Notes: generated by a model from the letters alone, not told the origin. A DNA stretch of 64,000 bases from Octopus bimaculoides (GCF_001194135.2 NC_068988.1:16784513-16848512), one strand, 5' to 3'. Positions 48,808 to 63,650 are shown, counted from the stretch's first letter. A program made the numbers and translations.

Positions 48808-51800
48808 CCAATCATACACACACATACATACATACATACATACAATCATACATATTTTCTTGTATATTACTACCATTGTACAACATTGTGAAAGCATAAT
48901 GTAAACTAAAATTTTCCAATAACTTTTTATATCTGATTCATACCTATTTGTCGATATGACGCACATATTCCGAATGACTGTCGACAAAGTAGTTGAGGTT
49001 AATCAATGCAGTAGCGTGATAAATATCTCCGAGCATTATAGGAGTTAGTAAGTGCTCCAACTTCTTATTAAGACCATCAAACACTGGAAATATATTTCGT
49101 ATATGTCTACCCGGAAAATGCCGCCCGGGAAGATGTGTACAGAATTTCTGTTAAGCATCATTTCACAGCAGATAGCAACAATTCTCAAAAAAGGCAGTTA
49201 AAATCCGATGATTTATGCAAAATCCACTCCCAAAATAACGTGAAAAAATATAATAGCATACTTTCTGAAATAATATGACACAAGCGAAATAAAGTCGACA
49301 GCTATAACGGACTATGTATGGTACACAAAAGGAAAGCCTTAATCTCCTTTTAGTCTCACATGTTAGATACTTAAATACAAAATCATAGTTAATTCATGAA
49401 TGCTGAAACAATTACTCGTTTGGTGATTTTAACTAACTACCCATCATACTTATAAAGAAACCAGTTTCATGTACGTAAGAAAATTATCGATAGCATCACT
49501 TCAAAAACACTCAAACACTGATACCGCTTACCGGTGAGTTTTATTACCACATCTAAGTATGTTCGGGGAGAGGAAAGGAAAGCTGCATATTGCAATTATA
49601 TTTCATGTTAAATACTAAATCTACAACGTAATACATGATTTTTTATTTTGTTATATCATAACCATAGTGTGTATATATACATACATACGTATATAAGTTT
49701 ATTTGAGGCAATACTTGCGTGCCTGCACAAAAGATTCTGGAGGAGAATGAATTCTTGTATATACGTGCGAATGTATTTCAGCATATATAGAATTCCGTAT
49801 GCTTCGTATACGCAAGTCTGTATGTAGGTATGTATGTATGCATTGTGAATTAATTATTTTCGTGCGTAATTGCAAGTCACCTGCAAACAAAGGGCATTTT
49901 TGTTTAGAAAAACAGCTTTCTCATTTATACGTGATACGAGATTAAAATCATGCTTTTTGTTTTTATTTTTTTAGAAATAAATTTCAGTACAAATTATATA
50001 TAAAATTCCAGCAATTGTGATTACTTTTTTAAGAAAAATTTACCAAACACGCTTCGTTCATAAATTACCCTTGAGGTTCAAAATAAGAAACTGACCATTT
50101 GATGTATTTTCTGAACATTATGAAAATTCTGTTAGAGGACTACTTTAAATGCATGTTTGTCTGTGAAATACGTAGCAAATCACGTGCAAATTGATTGAGC
50201 AGTTAATTCATTTTTTCGCGGATTTCTATTACTAAACGTCGAAGCTGACGGAGATCCCTTCTTTCTTTTACCTTGTGCACGAGTGAGTAAGGGTAATAAC
50301 CCTTTTCACTTGATTCGCAAGGCCTCAACGCTTTTTGGGTGATTTAGCCGATTCTATCGACACTGGTGCTCAACTAGTACTTTTTTTATCGACCGCGGAC
50401 GATTCTGTTAACGCGTCGCCATAGCATGAGCAATAATATACGCATATATGAAGGAAGTGTGAGAAAGAAATAGAAGGAATTTTACAGGGATTCTGCTGAA
50501 ATGTACATTCATAAACAAAGACATGTATTCATATATCTGTGAAATATTTAACTTTGCCAATAATATGAGCGGATATTTACATAAACAATTTGCATAACTC
50601 TATTAAGTTTAGAAGTATCTCATACCAAATTTATCAGACTCAAATATTTGATTGCATACGACTTTTGATTACTTACACACATTGCAACATAGGTAAATGT
50701 GTCTGAGAACCCAATGATTATAAAAGTATGTTTGCATATATGTACGAATTATGAAAATGTAGAAAAGAAGGAAAGATAAATATGAAATGGGACTGTTTTA
50801 TCTTTTCCGTTATTAATAATATAACCATTAAGGTAGCGATATAAATATTTAACCTATTTATGTTGTTGAAAATAAACAGACATGTCTCCATCAACTCATA
50901 TTCACTCACAAAATCAGGAGTGAATATTTTATTTTACTATTTTTTCTAGATTCGCTTTATATATTCAGAGCTATGAATTATATACGCAACATTACACACA
51001 TAGACATTGTGTCAACATTATAATGTTGGAGAAATTCTTTTCCCTCTTATGCCTATATTTTCCGTGCAGAGTTCACAGTACATACATACATACATACATG
51101 TATAGGTATGCATGTTATGTGTAAAGAATATTATTATTATCATTCAACTTTACTTATGTTAAAATAGATGTATCTTCTTTTTTTCTTGTTGATCAAGAGA
51201 AAAACATTTGATCTTTGTTTTCGCAAAGTTCTCCAAAAGATTGATGTGATTAAAATTTCTCTTGTTCTCCTTATAAATTTAAGGCAGCTGGAAAAAAAGT
51301 ATAGTAAGTGTGGGAATTCCAGGTGGTCGGATTTTAATGCCCAGAAGAGTAAGTGTAATGCGGTGTCTGGGTGTGATGGATAAAAGACGGTTGACGGATG
51401 ATGAATTACTGACAACCTATGAAAAGAAATCTATATGCAAAGTGAAAATTTCCAATTCAGATAAGCATCATAGACACATATAAATCAACTTCTGAATACA
51501 TTTTTACTTTATTTCATGTCAAAAATTTTATAGAGTATATCTCCTTTGTGGTTTCTTGATAACTAAAGCTATCGTAACATGCCAACATTTGTCGTATATA
51601 TCAATCGACACTCCTTATCTAGCATTTGTACTGCTGAAGGGACATATGTATTTAACGTTTTTACAATATAAATAAAATATTCAGCTAATTACACACTCAT
51701 TCAAATATATTTTATATTATCTCAAGTTTGTTTAGCGTGTTTGATTTGCTTTGAGATACCATTCACGAGAACCTTCGTTGAACACTATTTTCGTTTTCTA

Positions 51801-54149
51801 TAATTCTGAAAATTCATTTTTTAGGAATGACATTTTCTTTAGGATTTTCAAGCAGGCAAATAATAGTTGTAATCTTAAAGTGTTTTGTAAGTCACCTCTG
51901 GTTTGAACCTCCTGTTAAAAATATTTTTTCCTTGCCAATACGACTCATGCTGTCTGGAAGACTCTAGATATAAGATTTTGATTCTATTTTAGCCATACTT
52001 CTAAAGTCTAGGTTGTTGATAAATGATATTTTAGTTTGTGTAGTGAAATCTCTTAACCAGTGGCGCAGGCAGTTATAAAGTTTCTATTCTATGAGTAAGA
52101 GTAAATTCACCATCATAATAAATATTCACAAGGTAAAAAGTAAACACTACGACAGTTTATTTAACTGCTTTGGAAAACAAAAATAATCAATGCAAAAATG
52201 TTTTTTAATCATTGATTTGGTGTTAAGCTAATTTAATTGATTTACGTTTCTAATTAACTTAATGAGCGGATGGATTTTACCAGTTTCTATTCTGGAACAC
52301 CCAATTCTAATTTACACAAAAAGAAAAAAACTTTCCGTTGAAGCAAAATACAAAATATTGGAAAGCGTTTGTTGCACTTGTCCAAACCATTTTCAGCTTT
52401 AGATTCTTAACGTGTTTCTATTTATCTTACAAATACTTTTTGCATTTCTCATAACTTGATTCACTAAGATATCTTTATACATTAAGAATCTTAATTGTAA
52501 AGGGATAATTATCTCTTTTCTTTATTTCGTATTCCGTGAACACTATCTATGTTTGTACACTTTATAAAGTGTCTCGGGAAAGAATAATCACACATATGCT
52601 AAAACTAGTTGGGAAAGGTTACCCAGAAGTACATGGAAGAATAGAAGTACATTTAATGTGTCTTACGTTAGAATTATAAACATTAAACGCTAGAACCTAA
52701 GACTTTTTCAGCATATTATTCCATTGATTTTGAAAACGCTCCTGATTTATAATTAATCAGGATAATATTGGGCATTGTTGTAACTGTTTCACATTCAAAT
52801 AGTTAAGACTGAGAACCAAAAAGCTCTTTTCCTTTAGCAATCATCAAATTGAAATTTTACGCTGAGAATAAATAATGAAACCTTCTATAATTTTCTTTTT
52901 TTTTTCAATTTATCGGTCTCTGCGTTACAGATTAGAGTGCTGAAGTTTCCAAAAGTGTCTGTTCTAAAATATCTTGTAAATATGATATGGAGTACTTTTA
53001 CTTAAGGTTTGCTGATCTTCAGGAGATTGATGATTGTGAGTAAAAGCAATTGCACAAATTATATCCACGTATTTATATGTATCTATATAAAAGTATATTT
53101 GTACATATAGCATCACTATCGAAAAACTTTTCCAGCGAATAGCTTATAGGAGGGAATTAATCTATGCAATAACTTTCTATCGAATGAAATCGTAACACAT
53201 TTGCCGACCGGCAAAACATTTATAAAATGATGCATCATCGAATAAAATGATAGAGAGTGATATGTTTTAGCGAAGGAATTTTCACCGAAAAATATTTTAT
53301 TTAACATGGAAACAACTATTCGTACAATACATTTTCTCAATATAATATTTTGTTGAATAATTTTATGTAAAACAATTTTAATATAAATAACTGTAAATAC
53401 CTCTACCGTTAGCATATATTTTTAAAATATACTTTTATACTAATTATTTTCTATATCGCATACTATTGGATACATAATATCTGAAATGTATCTATACTTT
53501 AATGGAAATATTTATTTCTATTGCTCATATCTACAGTAAAGTCATCAAATTTACGTGTCATATATTAAATTTATTTTATATTTCAAAGCTTCAATGGCTT
53601 AAGTACTTAAAATCATACCTTTATGGTTTTTATGACATTAATATATGGAAATTAATTGGTTCTACTAGCTGGTCCAGAGGCCAAACCGATTTTAGAAACA
53701 TGGTCACCTATTCAAATTTAAAATTTCACCACACATCTATCTATCTATCTGTTCTCCTTGTCTCTCATCATTTCTCCCTCTTTCTGTACGTAGATAATAT
53801 ATATGTGCGCGTCTCCATGAGAGTTGAGCGTGTGTATATGTATATAATATACATATGCATAAATACATATACATACTTACATATATATATGTATATACAC
53901 ATGCATATACACATACAGGACTTCAAACAACGAGAAATGCCTGAAATTGTATCTGAAACAATTGTAGTACGTTTTTCACATTCAAAGTGTTTTATTTTCC
54001 TCCGGGTGTGATAAATTACAGTGAAAGAAAACTTTATTGTAAAGTTATGTTTAATTCGTATTAAGTTCTGCGTGGATTTGTGGTGTCCTTGATTTTCTTT
54101 GTTGGCATGCCACAAGTATGACGAAATCAATTTGTTTCGCTTTCATACT

Positions 54150-54332
54150 ATGGGTAAAAAGCTTAGTGGCATTTCATCTGCCCTTACGTTTTGAGTTCAA
54201 ATTCCACCAAGGTCCGCTTTTCCTTTGATCTTTTCGAAGTCGGTAAAATAAGTACTAGTTACGCACTGATGTTGATATAATAGACTTACCCCTACTCTTG
54301 AATATGCTGGCCTTGTACCAAAATTTGAATCC
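54150..54332 (+). mobile_element. SINE-B copy
   Basis: GCTTAGTGGCATTTC..GAGTTCAAATTCCACCAAGG..GGCCTTGTACCAAAATTTGAA. Confidence 0.8.
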
Positions 54333-55419
54333 AGTTTCTCTTACCTGAATGTTATTCATAAAACAGATGAAAATGTATGCATTTGACAAGTTCTCGTTTT
54401 CTCTGGCTCTATTCATGTAAACACAATCTGTAGGCAATTCATAGGAACGAAGGTGTGTATAAACTGATCATGAATATTATGTGAACCCGCATCTACTAAA
54501 TTTACCTTCCCGCGTAAAGAAATTCTGTTCGGCTGTTATGGTAAAGAAGTAGCTGTTAAATGCACAAACCGAAGCGTCTTCACATAAATCAAATTTTTTC
54601 CTGAAACATTTTGGTGTCTAGACAGAATGATAAAAAAAAAAGAGCCAAGGAAATAAATAAATGTCATAACGGAAAATGGTGAAGAAGTGAAGATAAACGT
54701 GGAGAAATATATAGCGATAGACAAAGAAGGACGTGAGAAGCGATCGAATTAGTGAAACTATCATTGAAGATCAGAGAGAAGAAAGAGAAATAGCACACCG
54801 AGATTCAGGACCCTAGAAGCAACGAAGAGGCAGATGATACTTACAGAGAAGAAACTACACCGAAGAGAAAGTAGACATAACTACACAAAATTTCTAACAC
54901 TCACATGTGTGTGTGTACGTTGTCAAGCTCCAACATTTGTTTCTGACAACGGAAATTTTTGAATTAATATTCAAAAGATTCATATTAGTCAGAAGAAAAT
55001 AACCTATGTCTTTATTCTTTATTTTTGCTATTCTTTTGGAAATTTATGTCTGTTTTGTGTATTAGTTTACCTATAAATCTTTAGTGCTTCTCACTAATAC
55101 CGCCTCTGTCGAAATGATTTATTAATTTCCTGTTGTGTCATAATATTCCACGATAACCGATTTATAGCAAGTTGAGCATGAATTTGCAACGTAACCTTCC
55201 GCGTTAATAATAGCCACGAGACACTGCCCTGTGTTGCTCATTAAAAAATCCCTTTGTATGTCGTAGTGTCATTTTTTCCCAATATCTGCATCGTTTTCTA
55301 ATCTTTTTTTTTTTTGCTTTCTCTTTTATAACGAGCTATTGTTTAATTTTCTTTCCTGTAGAAATCAAAGCAACAAAACAAAATCGTATTACAGAACCCC
55401 CCTGGTTATGTGTAGAAAT

Positions 55420-55819
55420 ATTCTGTTCTACTCTAGGCACAAGGCCCGAAATTTTGGGGGAGGAGGCCAGTCGATTAGATCGACCCCACTACGCAACTGG
55501 TACTTAATTGATCGACCCCGAAAGGATGAAAGGTGAAGTCGACCTCGGCAGAATTTGAACTCAGAACGTAAAGGCAGACAAAATACCGCTAAGCATTTCG
55601 CCTGGCGTGCTAATATCACTTTTATGCTGTAGGCACAAGGCCCGAAATTTTGGAGGAGGGGCCAGTCGATTAGATCGACCCCAGTTCGCAACTAGTACTT
55701 AATTTTTCGACCCCGAAACGATGAAAGTCAAAGTCGACCTCGGCGGAATTTGAACTCAGAACATAACGGCAGACGAAATACCACTGACGACGCATTAACA
55801 TTTCTGCCAGAACGCCGCC
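55420..55819 (-). mobile_element. Two tandem young SINE-B copies (55420-55614 and 55630-55819)
   Basis: Both contain AGGCACAAGGCCCGAAATTTTGG..GCCAGTCGATTAGATCGACCCC..GAATTTGAACTCAGAAC. Confidence 0.9.
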
Positions 55820-57159
55820 TTAATATGTAGAAATATTGAAATGCTGCAAATATTGTCAACTTCAAATATTTTAGCTCATTCAATACTTTTCGTTTTACTG
55901 GTATACACGGAATAATATCCATTGGTGTTTGTGCGTTCCAGGTCTTTGCGTTCTGAGTTCAAAACGCGCAGTGAATTATTTCTTTGATAGACTTCATCTC
56001 CATCATCCAGATTCATACTACCTCTTATAACCTTGTGCCCTTTGCATAGTCGATTCAGAGACTGGTTTCCGACTGGAGAATATATTAATCCTTTCTTCCT
56101 ATTTGTCTCGGAGGTAATGGAAATTGAAAAATGTAATGGATAGTAAATTTCTGTCGAGACGGAATTACAAAATAAAAACATTCTCACACGTTCAAAGTGT
56201 TCACTGCAGAATATCAGTTTTTTTTTTGTCAGACACTTTGTATAATATAGTCTTAGATAAATTCTTCCTACCTACTCTAAACTATCGTTTCATTGATCAA
56301 AAGTTTATGCTTACTTTGACTATTACCTGTTGGTGATTTTATAATTTTGTCTGTTCAGAAATCAAATGTCTATCATACCATTGTATTCATGTTGGCTTCT
56401 GATATATCAGTTTGTTAAATACTTAAATGCATTATATCATATGAACTTATTTGCTTCGTTATCATTCAACTACGGTAGTAGTGGAATAGTATTCTTAAGG
56501 CCGCAATTTACTCACATGCAGCACCTTTCAGAACTTGTCGCTCATTCAGTTCTTAACCAAATTGAAGACTAAACATTTTTGAAGAGGACTGTTCCTTAGC
56601 TACATGTTGGCATAAAAAAATTGAGATATGGTCCAGTAGATAAAAGTTTACACTAAAATTTGTAGCAACGTTATAGGAGAGTAAGTAACGCCTCCAATCA
56701 AGTTTAGATCCAAAATAACTTTTTTATTTTAAAAGCAAAATATATTCATCTTGTCTTCCATGATAGAAGATAGCATGCAGAATTTCATACTTTTGGTCCC
56801 ATGCAACATAAGTTTTTATCATAAAATTGTGAGGCAAAATAACATGAAAAAAATATAAGTAAAGCAAAAAAAATTGGATTTAAGTATAATTGACTTTTTA
56901 TTTTGAAAACAAACTATACTTTAATTAAGCTTTAATGATAGAACTCATTTCATTGTATCAATTTCATGCAGTGAAGTTTTATAAGAAAAAACAAATTAAT
57001 GAGTGCTTGTTTCTGAAATTTGATGGTGATGATATAGTTCTATACTTTTCATAGATATAGTTCTATAGGGGACTTTTAATATATTTCAACGTCATATATT
57101 ATCAAAGACACCGCTAATTGACACATTTGACACACTATTAATTAGCAGAACAAACATCG

Positions 57160-58039
57160 ATTACATTGAAAAATGCGAGCAAGAGAAATAATATTGAGAT
57201 TATAAACCTGGAAGATTACAGGACAAGTTATTACACTTGGAAAAGTTCAGGACAAGTTATTACATCTGGTAAAATACAAAACAAGAACATTTCTACTTAA
57301 GATATTGCAACTAAGGATAAAATTTGAATATTAAAAATCATCTGATATTAATTTAAAATGTAACATTATCATTAAAAAAGGTACCATCATTTCTTTAAAC
57401 TATTAACACACTAGAATGCTTAAAAAAATTAGAGCCAGAAGTACCAATATAGCTAAAGTTTTATGCAAAGTAGAAAAGTATATATGGTAGGCAAATTCAT
57501 TATGTAAAAATAGGCATTGGGCGAAGACTAGAAATGTGAAGACTTGGCAATGACTTAGGCAATAACTCAAGCACATGTTACTGTGAATTTGTTGTTATAA
57601 GTAGATTTTACTGTAATATATAACTAATTTTTGTATTTTTCTATTTATTGTACTAACTAATCATGTACTACTATTATTTTTTATAACCTATTTTCAAATT
57701 TCTAATGAAAAATTAATAATTTAAAAATTGAATTTTTTAAAGTACAAAAATATTTTGAGATTTAAAAAAAATGTTAATAGAAGTATCAAGTAATGACAAT
57801 TAGAAGTAATAACTTGTAATGAAATTTTTAGTTTTAATAAAAGTAAACATTTTCTAAATGTAAATATTTTATATGAAATTTATCCTTAGCTGTAATATTT
57901 TAAGTAACAATTTTCTCGTTCTCTACGTTACCAGATATAATAAATTGCCCTGAACTTTCCCAAGCGTAATAACTTCTGATCTTTTCCAGGTTTATAACCT
58001 TAAGAATATTATTTCTCTTGTTCGCTTTTTTCATGTAAT
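57160..58039. mobile_element. About 880-bp non-autonomous DNA-transposon-like element with about 110-bp imperfect TIRs
   Basis: Left ATTACATTGAAAAATGCGAGCAAGAGAAATAATATT..TTATAAACCTGGAA..CTTGGAAAAGTTCAGGACAAGTTATTACATCTGGTAA (57160-57272) versus the reverse complement of 57928-58039. The interior is AT-rich and non-coding. Confidence 0.8.
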
Positions 58040-59164
58040 ATCAAATGTGCGACTGTTTTGTACAATCATCACTAGTATCACGATGGTGATAATAACTATA
58101 TTCTTCTGGAAAATCGCAGTATAACACAGTCACAACGTATCTAAAAGACTAGATAGCACTGCTTTTCATATAGAGAGTGTTACTTTGTGAGTGGTATTGG
58201 TCTTTATTTAGGATCTTTTTTGTAGTTCGGGGCACATTTATAGACTACTGAGCAGTGCATCTGATACAGCTATGCTACTGAGTTGGACACTTCTTTATTT
58301 TTTGCAAAAGTTATTTTAAGGTTAGATCAAAAGTGATCGAGCGGACGTATGACGCGAAGCATTTCGATGATCAGGGATTTTTCATAGTATCTTGTAACAC
58401 ATAAATGTCATCTAATCGTGAGCTTTCACTCACTAGGACGATGAAAATGTGCTTACTATATTTTACGTGTTCCGCGACTACAATTTATTATTTATATGTA
58501 AACAGGCTTAAAGTGTTTGGTGATAATATCGAGTTATTTGCTAATCAAAGCAATTCTGCGGATGCGTAATAGGAAAAACTGTTTTACCATTTCAGCTAAT
58601 CGATTGAATGTAACCGCACACCTTAGTTTTTCTTTGTTTGCATTTAGAAATATTCACCTAAGATACGATGACCGTCGACGATGTTGAACTTTCATACTCC
58701 GCTCTCTTATATTGTATAATATTGGCTGTTAATGTCAACATGATCGGGTTAGGATGTTATTAGAATGCATTAGCACACCTAAGGCCGGTCTATATCGTGG
58801 GAGTGAAGCCGGGTAGACAAGATCTGTATAATACACGTCGAATGGACAGAGTCTGTCTTTTAAAGTCTAATTGTATCACACATTACCTCTCTCTGGTTCA
58901 ACATAAGAATTAAGTTGAGCGTATATCTATCAGTGGAATACTCAGTCACCTACACTCTAAGTTAAGGTAAGGAATTGAACTTTCAATTGATCGAACTGCA
59001 TTATGCTCGTCGTAGAAACCGTGATACTATTTTTCTTGAAAAATAAAATATACATGTTTGTGAAAGGAATTTATACACATATTCTGATTATACTCCCCTA
59101 TATAGTTAGCCATTTTCGTGCATGCTCTAAATATGAATGGAGATTATATTATTTGACTGTAATT

Positions 59165-59360
59165 AGGGTGGCGATTTGACAGAATTGTTAGCACGTTGGA
59201 CAAAATGCTTAATGATATTTCGTACACCTTTACGAAATTTCGAGGTCGACCTGGCCTTTCATCTTTTCATGGTCGATGAGATAAGGACTATGTGATCACT
59301 AAGGTCGATGGAATTAACATAAACGTCCCACAATATTTCCGCCCTTGTGCGTACGTAAAA
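59165..59360 (+). mobile_element. Degenerate SINE-B copy
   Basis: GGCGATTTGACAGAATTGTTAGCAC..GAGGTCGACCTGGCCTTTCATC..GCCCTTGTGC. Confidence 0.75.
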
Positions 59361-59918
59361 ATGGATTACAGATTATTAGCATATAATATGAGCAAAATAT
59401 CGCGTCATACTATCGCTTTATTTCACAAATGGCCATTCAATTTGATATGAAATCCGATAACAAATTAACAGCTATATTCTATTTTTCTTTTCATTGGTGC
59501 TTCATAGCGATTAATATTTATCAAATGCAATAGGTGTGCCTGGTTAAATATACTAATTCTAACAGCACTAAATTTGTTGGTATTGTGCATAATTTAGCCC
59601 ATAAACACATGGATATGTTTCTATGGAAATTCATTTTCAAAGCAGAAAACTGAAATAATGTACGCATATGTGAAGAAATGCTTGCGCAATCACACATTAG
59701 TCTTATACATAAGTGAATAGGGATAAAAAATGTTAAGCTGGAATACTTTTCTTATGTACCTTTGTAAAAGTTTATTTCAGTCAGTATTTGAAAACAAAAT
59801 GACACTTCAAATGTCATAATTTACATTTTATATTTTAAATGACAAAAGGCATCAACTAAGCGATAATCAAATTCTACACTTACCATTTGAAAAAGCCGGA
59901 TCACTATCTGAATGAGTA

Positions 59919-60271
59919 TATCTTTCATCTGTTTCACTCAGTGGACTGCCATAATTATACAACACCGCGAAAGTTTTACATAAACGAATTCACTCCAGTA
60001 ATTATTTTTTAAAACCATATTCTACAGTCTCCATTGCCGAACCGCTAATTTGCGGGGAGGTAAAACATTCAACAATACAAAATGACTTATACGTAGACAT
60101 GTAAGTGTATATATATTACGGTCTTCTTTCAGTTTCCGCATTTGAAATCGACGCACAAGGCTTCAGTCGGTGTAAGGCCATGACATACCACGCTTGCCCA
60201 AGATGCCACATAGTAGGACTGAACACAGAGCCATGTTCCTACCACAAGGCTATGTCAGTGCCTATATAGAC

Positions 60272-60308
<37 letters not shown>

Positions 60309-60463
60309 NNNNNNNNNNGTACGCAACTGGTACTTAATTTATCGATCCTGAAAGGATGAAATGCAAAGGCGGCCTCGGTGGAATTTGAACTCAGAACATA
60401 AAGATAGGCGAAATACCGCTAAAACTTTTCGCATGGCGTACTAACGATTCTGCTAGCTCACCG
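59919..60463 (-). mobile_element. Degenerate SINE-A (about 59919-60263) followed after (TA)n/gap by SINE-B (about 60320-60463)
   Basis: CTTCTTTCAGTTTCCG, CTTGCCCAAGATGCCAC (SINE-A); GGAATTTGAACTCAGAAC, CTAACGATTCTGCTAGCTCACCGC (SINE-B). Confidence 0.8.
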
Positions 60464-62190
60464 CATTTCACTTCTAAAATATTGTCTGAGCTTCCATAGA
60501 AATGTTGTACCGTGTATTTAACTGTCCGGGGTTTTACTTCATACTCTAACGATATTTTGTTTATGATGCTTCCTGCAAAGAACACTACATCTTCCTACGA
60601 GACAACGAGGAAGATTTTGTGTAGTTGCAGAACCTTCCAGATATAAAGCCCACATTGTGCTGCCTTATAAAATAAAACATTTTATAATAGATTATATAGT
60701 GCTTGATATACAAAGAAAAAAAATGAAGAAACCTTGTGATGGCTACAGCTGGGATTCCTTTGATCCTAAATCCTATTCTTTTAACAATGGTCTTCGGCTA
60801 CATGGCAACTTCATGGTTTCTACTCTCGATAAATATGCTTTAAACTAATACTTTACTAAAATAACAGCACTACTATAATTTGCTAGAATATACAATGTTT
60901 TTTGAAATGAACTATTGGAAATATGGCAATGAAAAAAGATTATCAAACGTAGTTGAATCTTCTCTAAAGTCCTTATTGTGTCATGTGTGTCTTACCTACC
61001 AAGAAATGGGCGGGGTGTTAATTTAAAATAGGTCCCATTTAAATTAGTGATGAAACGTCCGGTTCAAAACTTTCTATGTAACACACAACTTATACCTAAC
61101 TCATAAAGTGGATCTAAAAATATCAATATCACGTGACACAACATCAAGATGTACGAACCGTGAGATTCAATTAATCACCTCAAAGCACAATGCCCACTCA
61201 AAACTATCTCCATATTGTTTTGTACACTAGCTGAATAAAGAAAAAAAACAACAAAACATTATGATTATTAAATCTCTAGAAAGCAGAATCCATGGAAACA
61301 TCGTAAAAGTTTAGACGGAATGAAAGCAATGGTTCTAATTAATAGTCTTTTCATTTCAATCCATCTTTATTTTCTGTTCTGTTTTATTCTAGCAACTTAA
61401 TCTGTTTTTCACAGACATTAGAGAACAGTGTCTCCTCACAGAACACTGACATGTTTATTTTGATTTATTATAATGCTAATGCAATTAAAATAATACTAAA
61501 AAGCAAAAGAACAATTATCAACTGGAACAAGAACAGCAGCAACATCACAAGGAAACAAAATTTTAATAAGACGAAGAAGAAAAATTATTAAAAACAAGCA
61601 ACAAAACATTGTAAAGTGGAAAAAAAGACGATGTGAACGAATTTAAACATTAAACATAAAATAATAATTCAAAGAGGGAATGAGAATCAGTGAAAAATAA
61701 GAGGTTTCAATTTCCAGTTGAAGATATTTCGTATTATGTAAGAATCTTAATAAAATCATGCACATCACGAAGAGCCATTCATCTCGTCCTTTGAAGCTTA
61801 AGGCAAATACGAATAATTATGAATAATGAATATTAATAAACAAAGCATAACTAATACAAGAGAATAATATTATAACTAATGAATGTAAAAATAACATCAG
61901 CATCTAATGAAGCCAAACTATATTTAAGAATGGGCGGGGTGAATGAAAAGCTATGGCTTGGGCAGTGTTTTCTTCGTACATCCTACCCCAACTATTTATT
62001 TCACGTTAGATTCTGCCCCAACTGTTTCCTATTCCGTCGTCCCATATAATCACATAATTCTTGAATTGAATCGGATCGAATGTGTATTAATATATTACCG
62101 GCATTTTATATCAGCTCTACAAAAAATAAAAACCAATCACATCAAACTCGGATAAACGAAAAATAAATTAACGGAGGAAGTAACAGGAAT

Positions 62191-62371
62191 TATCGTATTT
62201 GATAGCATATTAGACGCACTTTTTTTTTTCTAAAAGGTGTCTGAAAAGAGCACCCTGCGTCCTATTTTCGACACCGAGCCTATATTTCATGAAGTTATGC
62301 ACTAAAAACATTTTCTTTTGAATATGCTGGGTAGAAATTCGAGTGCACCCTTTATGTCATCAAATATAATA
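62191..62371. mobile_element. About 180-bp MITE with 29-bp imperfect TIRs (TACCGTATTT-type, Tc1/mariner-like)
   Basis: Left TATCGTATTTGATAGCATATTAGACGCAC versus reverse complement of right, TATTATATTTGATGACATAAAGGGTGCAC. Confidence 0.6.
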
Positions 62372-62924
62372 CATTGTCGTTTCTAAAAGATATCGTCATT
62401 TCTGTTCATGTAGCAGAAATAATAACAGATTGGTTTCTTCTTTTCCATACCTAAATAATCTATCTATGTATTGGACAAGTGGAATGCTACGGGAAGTGTA
62501 AAGGATTTTACCAAATATGTAAATCTCTTGTAAACGAATACTGACAACAATTCATGATCAATTATCGGGAATAGCTTATGCTATGCTCACTGTTCCTAAA
62601 ATCTAGAAGAAGCAAATGAAGAGCAGTATAATACAAGATAGAATTTGTGGAGACAAAATAGTAAAAAGACACAGTAGATATTTACAGGTAACTAACACGG
62701 AATATACAAAAATATAACAATTGCATTCAAGTCACATTTTGAATTCTCATAACTTATCACAGAATTTATTCCGCTTGATTTTCGTGTAGATTATTTAGTA
62801 TATACCGTCAGATAAAGCCACAGGCTTTATATTGTCCTTAGATTTTAACAGTTAAACAAAGTGTACATTAGAGGAGAAGCTCCTAAGATCGGATGGCTAA
62901 TTTTTTTTTTAGATCAGAAACACT

Positions 62925-63650
62925 GGTTTTAGGAGAAGTGGGTTATTTGAGTACACCGACTCCAATGCTCAAATGGTATATATATCTTATCGACTCTGAA
63001 AAGGATGAAAATAAAAGTTTACTCCGGCGGCATTTGAATTCAGAAGGTAAAGAGCCGGAAAAATACTGCTACTCATTTGATCCGATGCACTAGCCGCCTT
63101 AATCGTAAGTACAATAATGGTTTCTATTATAACTATAACGTGTGAAATTTCAGGGAGGGGTTTATTGATTATATCGAGCCCTATGCTCAACTGTTAATTA
63201 TATTAACGGTACCGAAAGAATGGAAGGCAAAGTCGATCTCGGCGTAATGATGGACGAAATGACGCTAAAAATTTTGTCCTGTGCTCTAAACCGTCATTAC
63301 TATAATAATTCAGATAACGCACTGCTTGAGTAAAAGCTTTGTAGGGGTTAGTTAAATCGCCTTACATTCTGAGTTCAAATCTCTGGGAGCCCACTACAAA
63401 AAAGAAACAAGAACGTAATTAAGTACTCAGCTCAATCTAATAGACTAATAGTCTCCCACTATGATTGCTGATTTGGTGCCATAATCTAAAACTATTATTT
63501 CAATAACGATTACTTCTAACTTAGGCAAATAATAGAAGGTTAGATAAATGTAATTTAGTGTAAATCGATTCCACTGTTCAACTAGATTGTATTTCATCGA
63601 ACCGCACATAGATGAAAGACAAAGTTGTTGCCATAAGAATATAAATTCGG
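62925..63650. mobile_element. Cluster of four old SINE-B fragments (-, -, +, -)
   Basis: GCATTTGAATTCAGAAGG, GAAAGAATGGAAGGCAAAGTCGATCTCGGCG, TTCTGAGTTCAAATCTC, CCACTGTTCAACT..GATGAAAGACAAAGTTG. Confidence 0.65.

Noticed and set aside
54520-54590. FGCYGKEVAVKC resembling kinase subdomain II
   Set aside because: No Gly-rich loop, the frame closes within 10 codons, and there are no splice signals.
58090-58860. Complex sequence suspected to be a piggyBac or other transposase fossil
   Set aside because: I could not read any ordered catalytic motifs; needs a frameshift-aware search.
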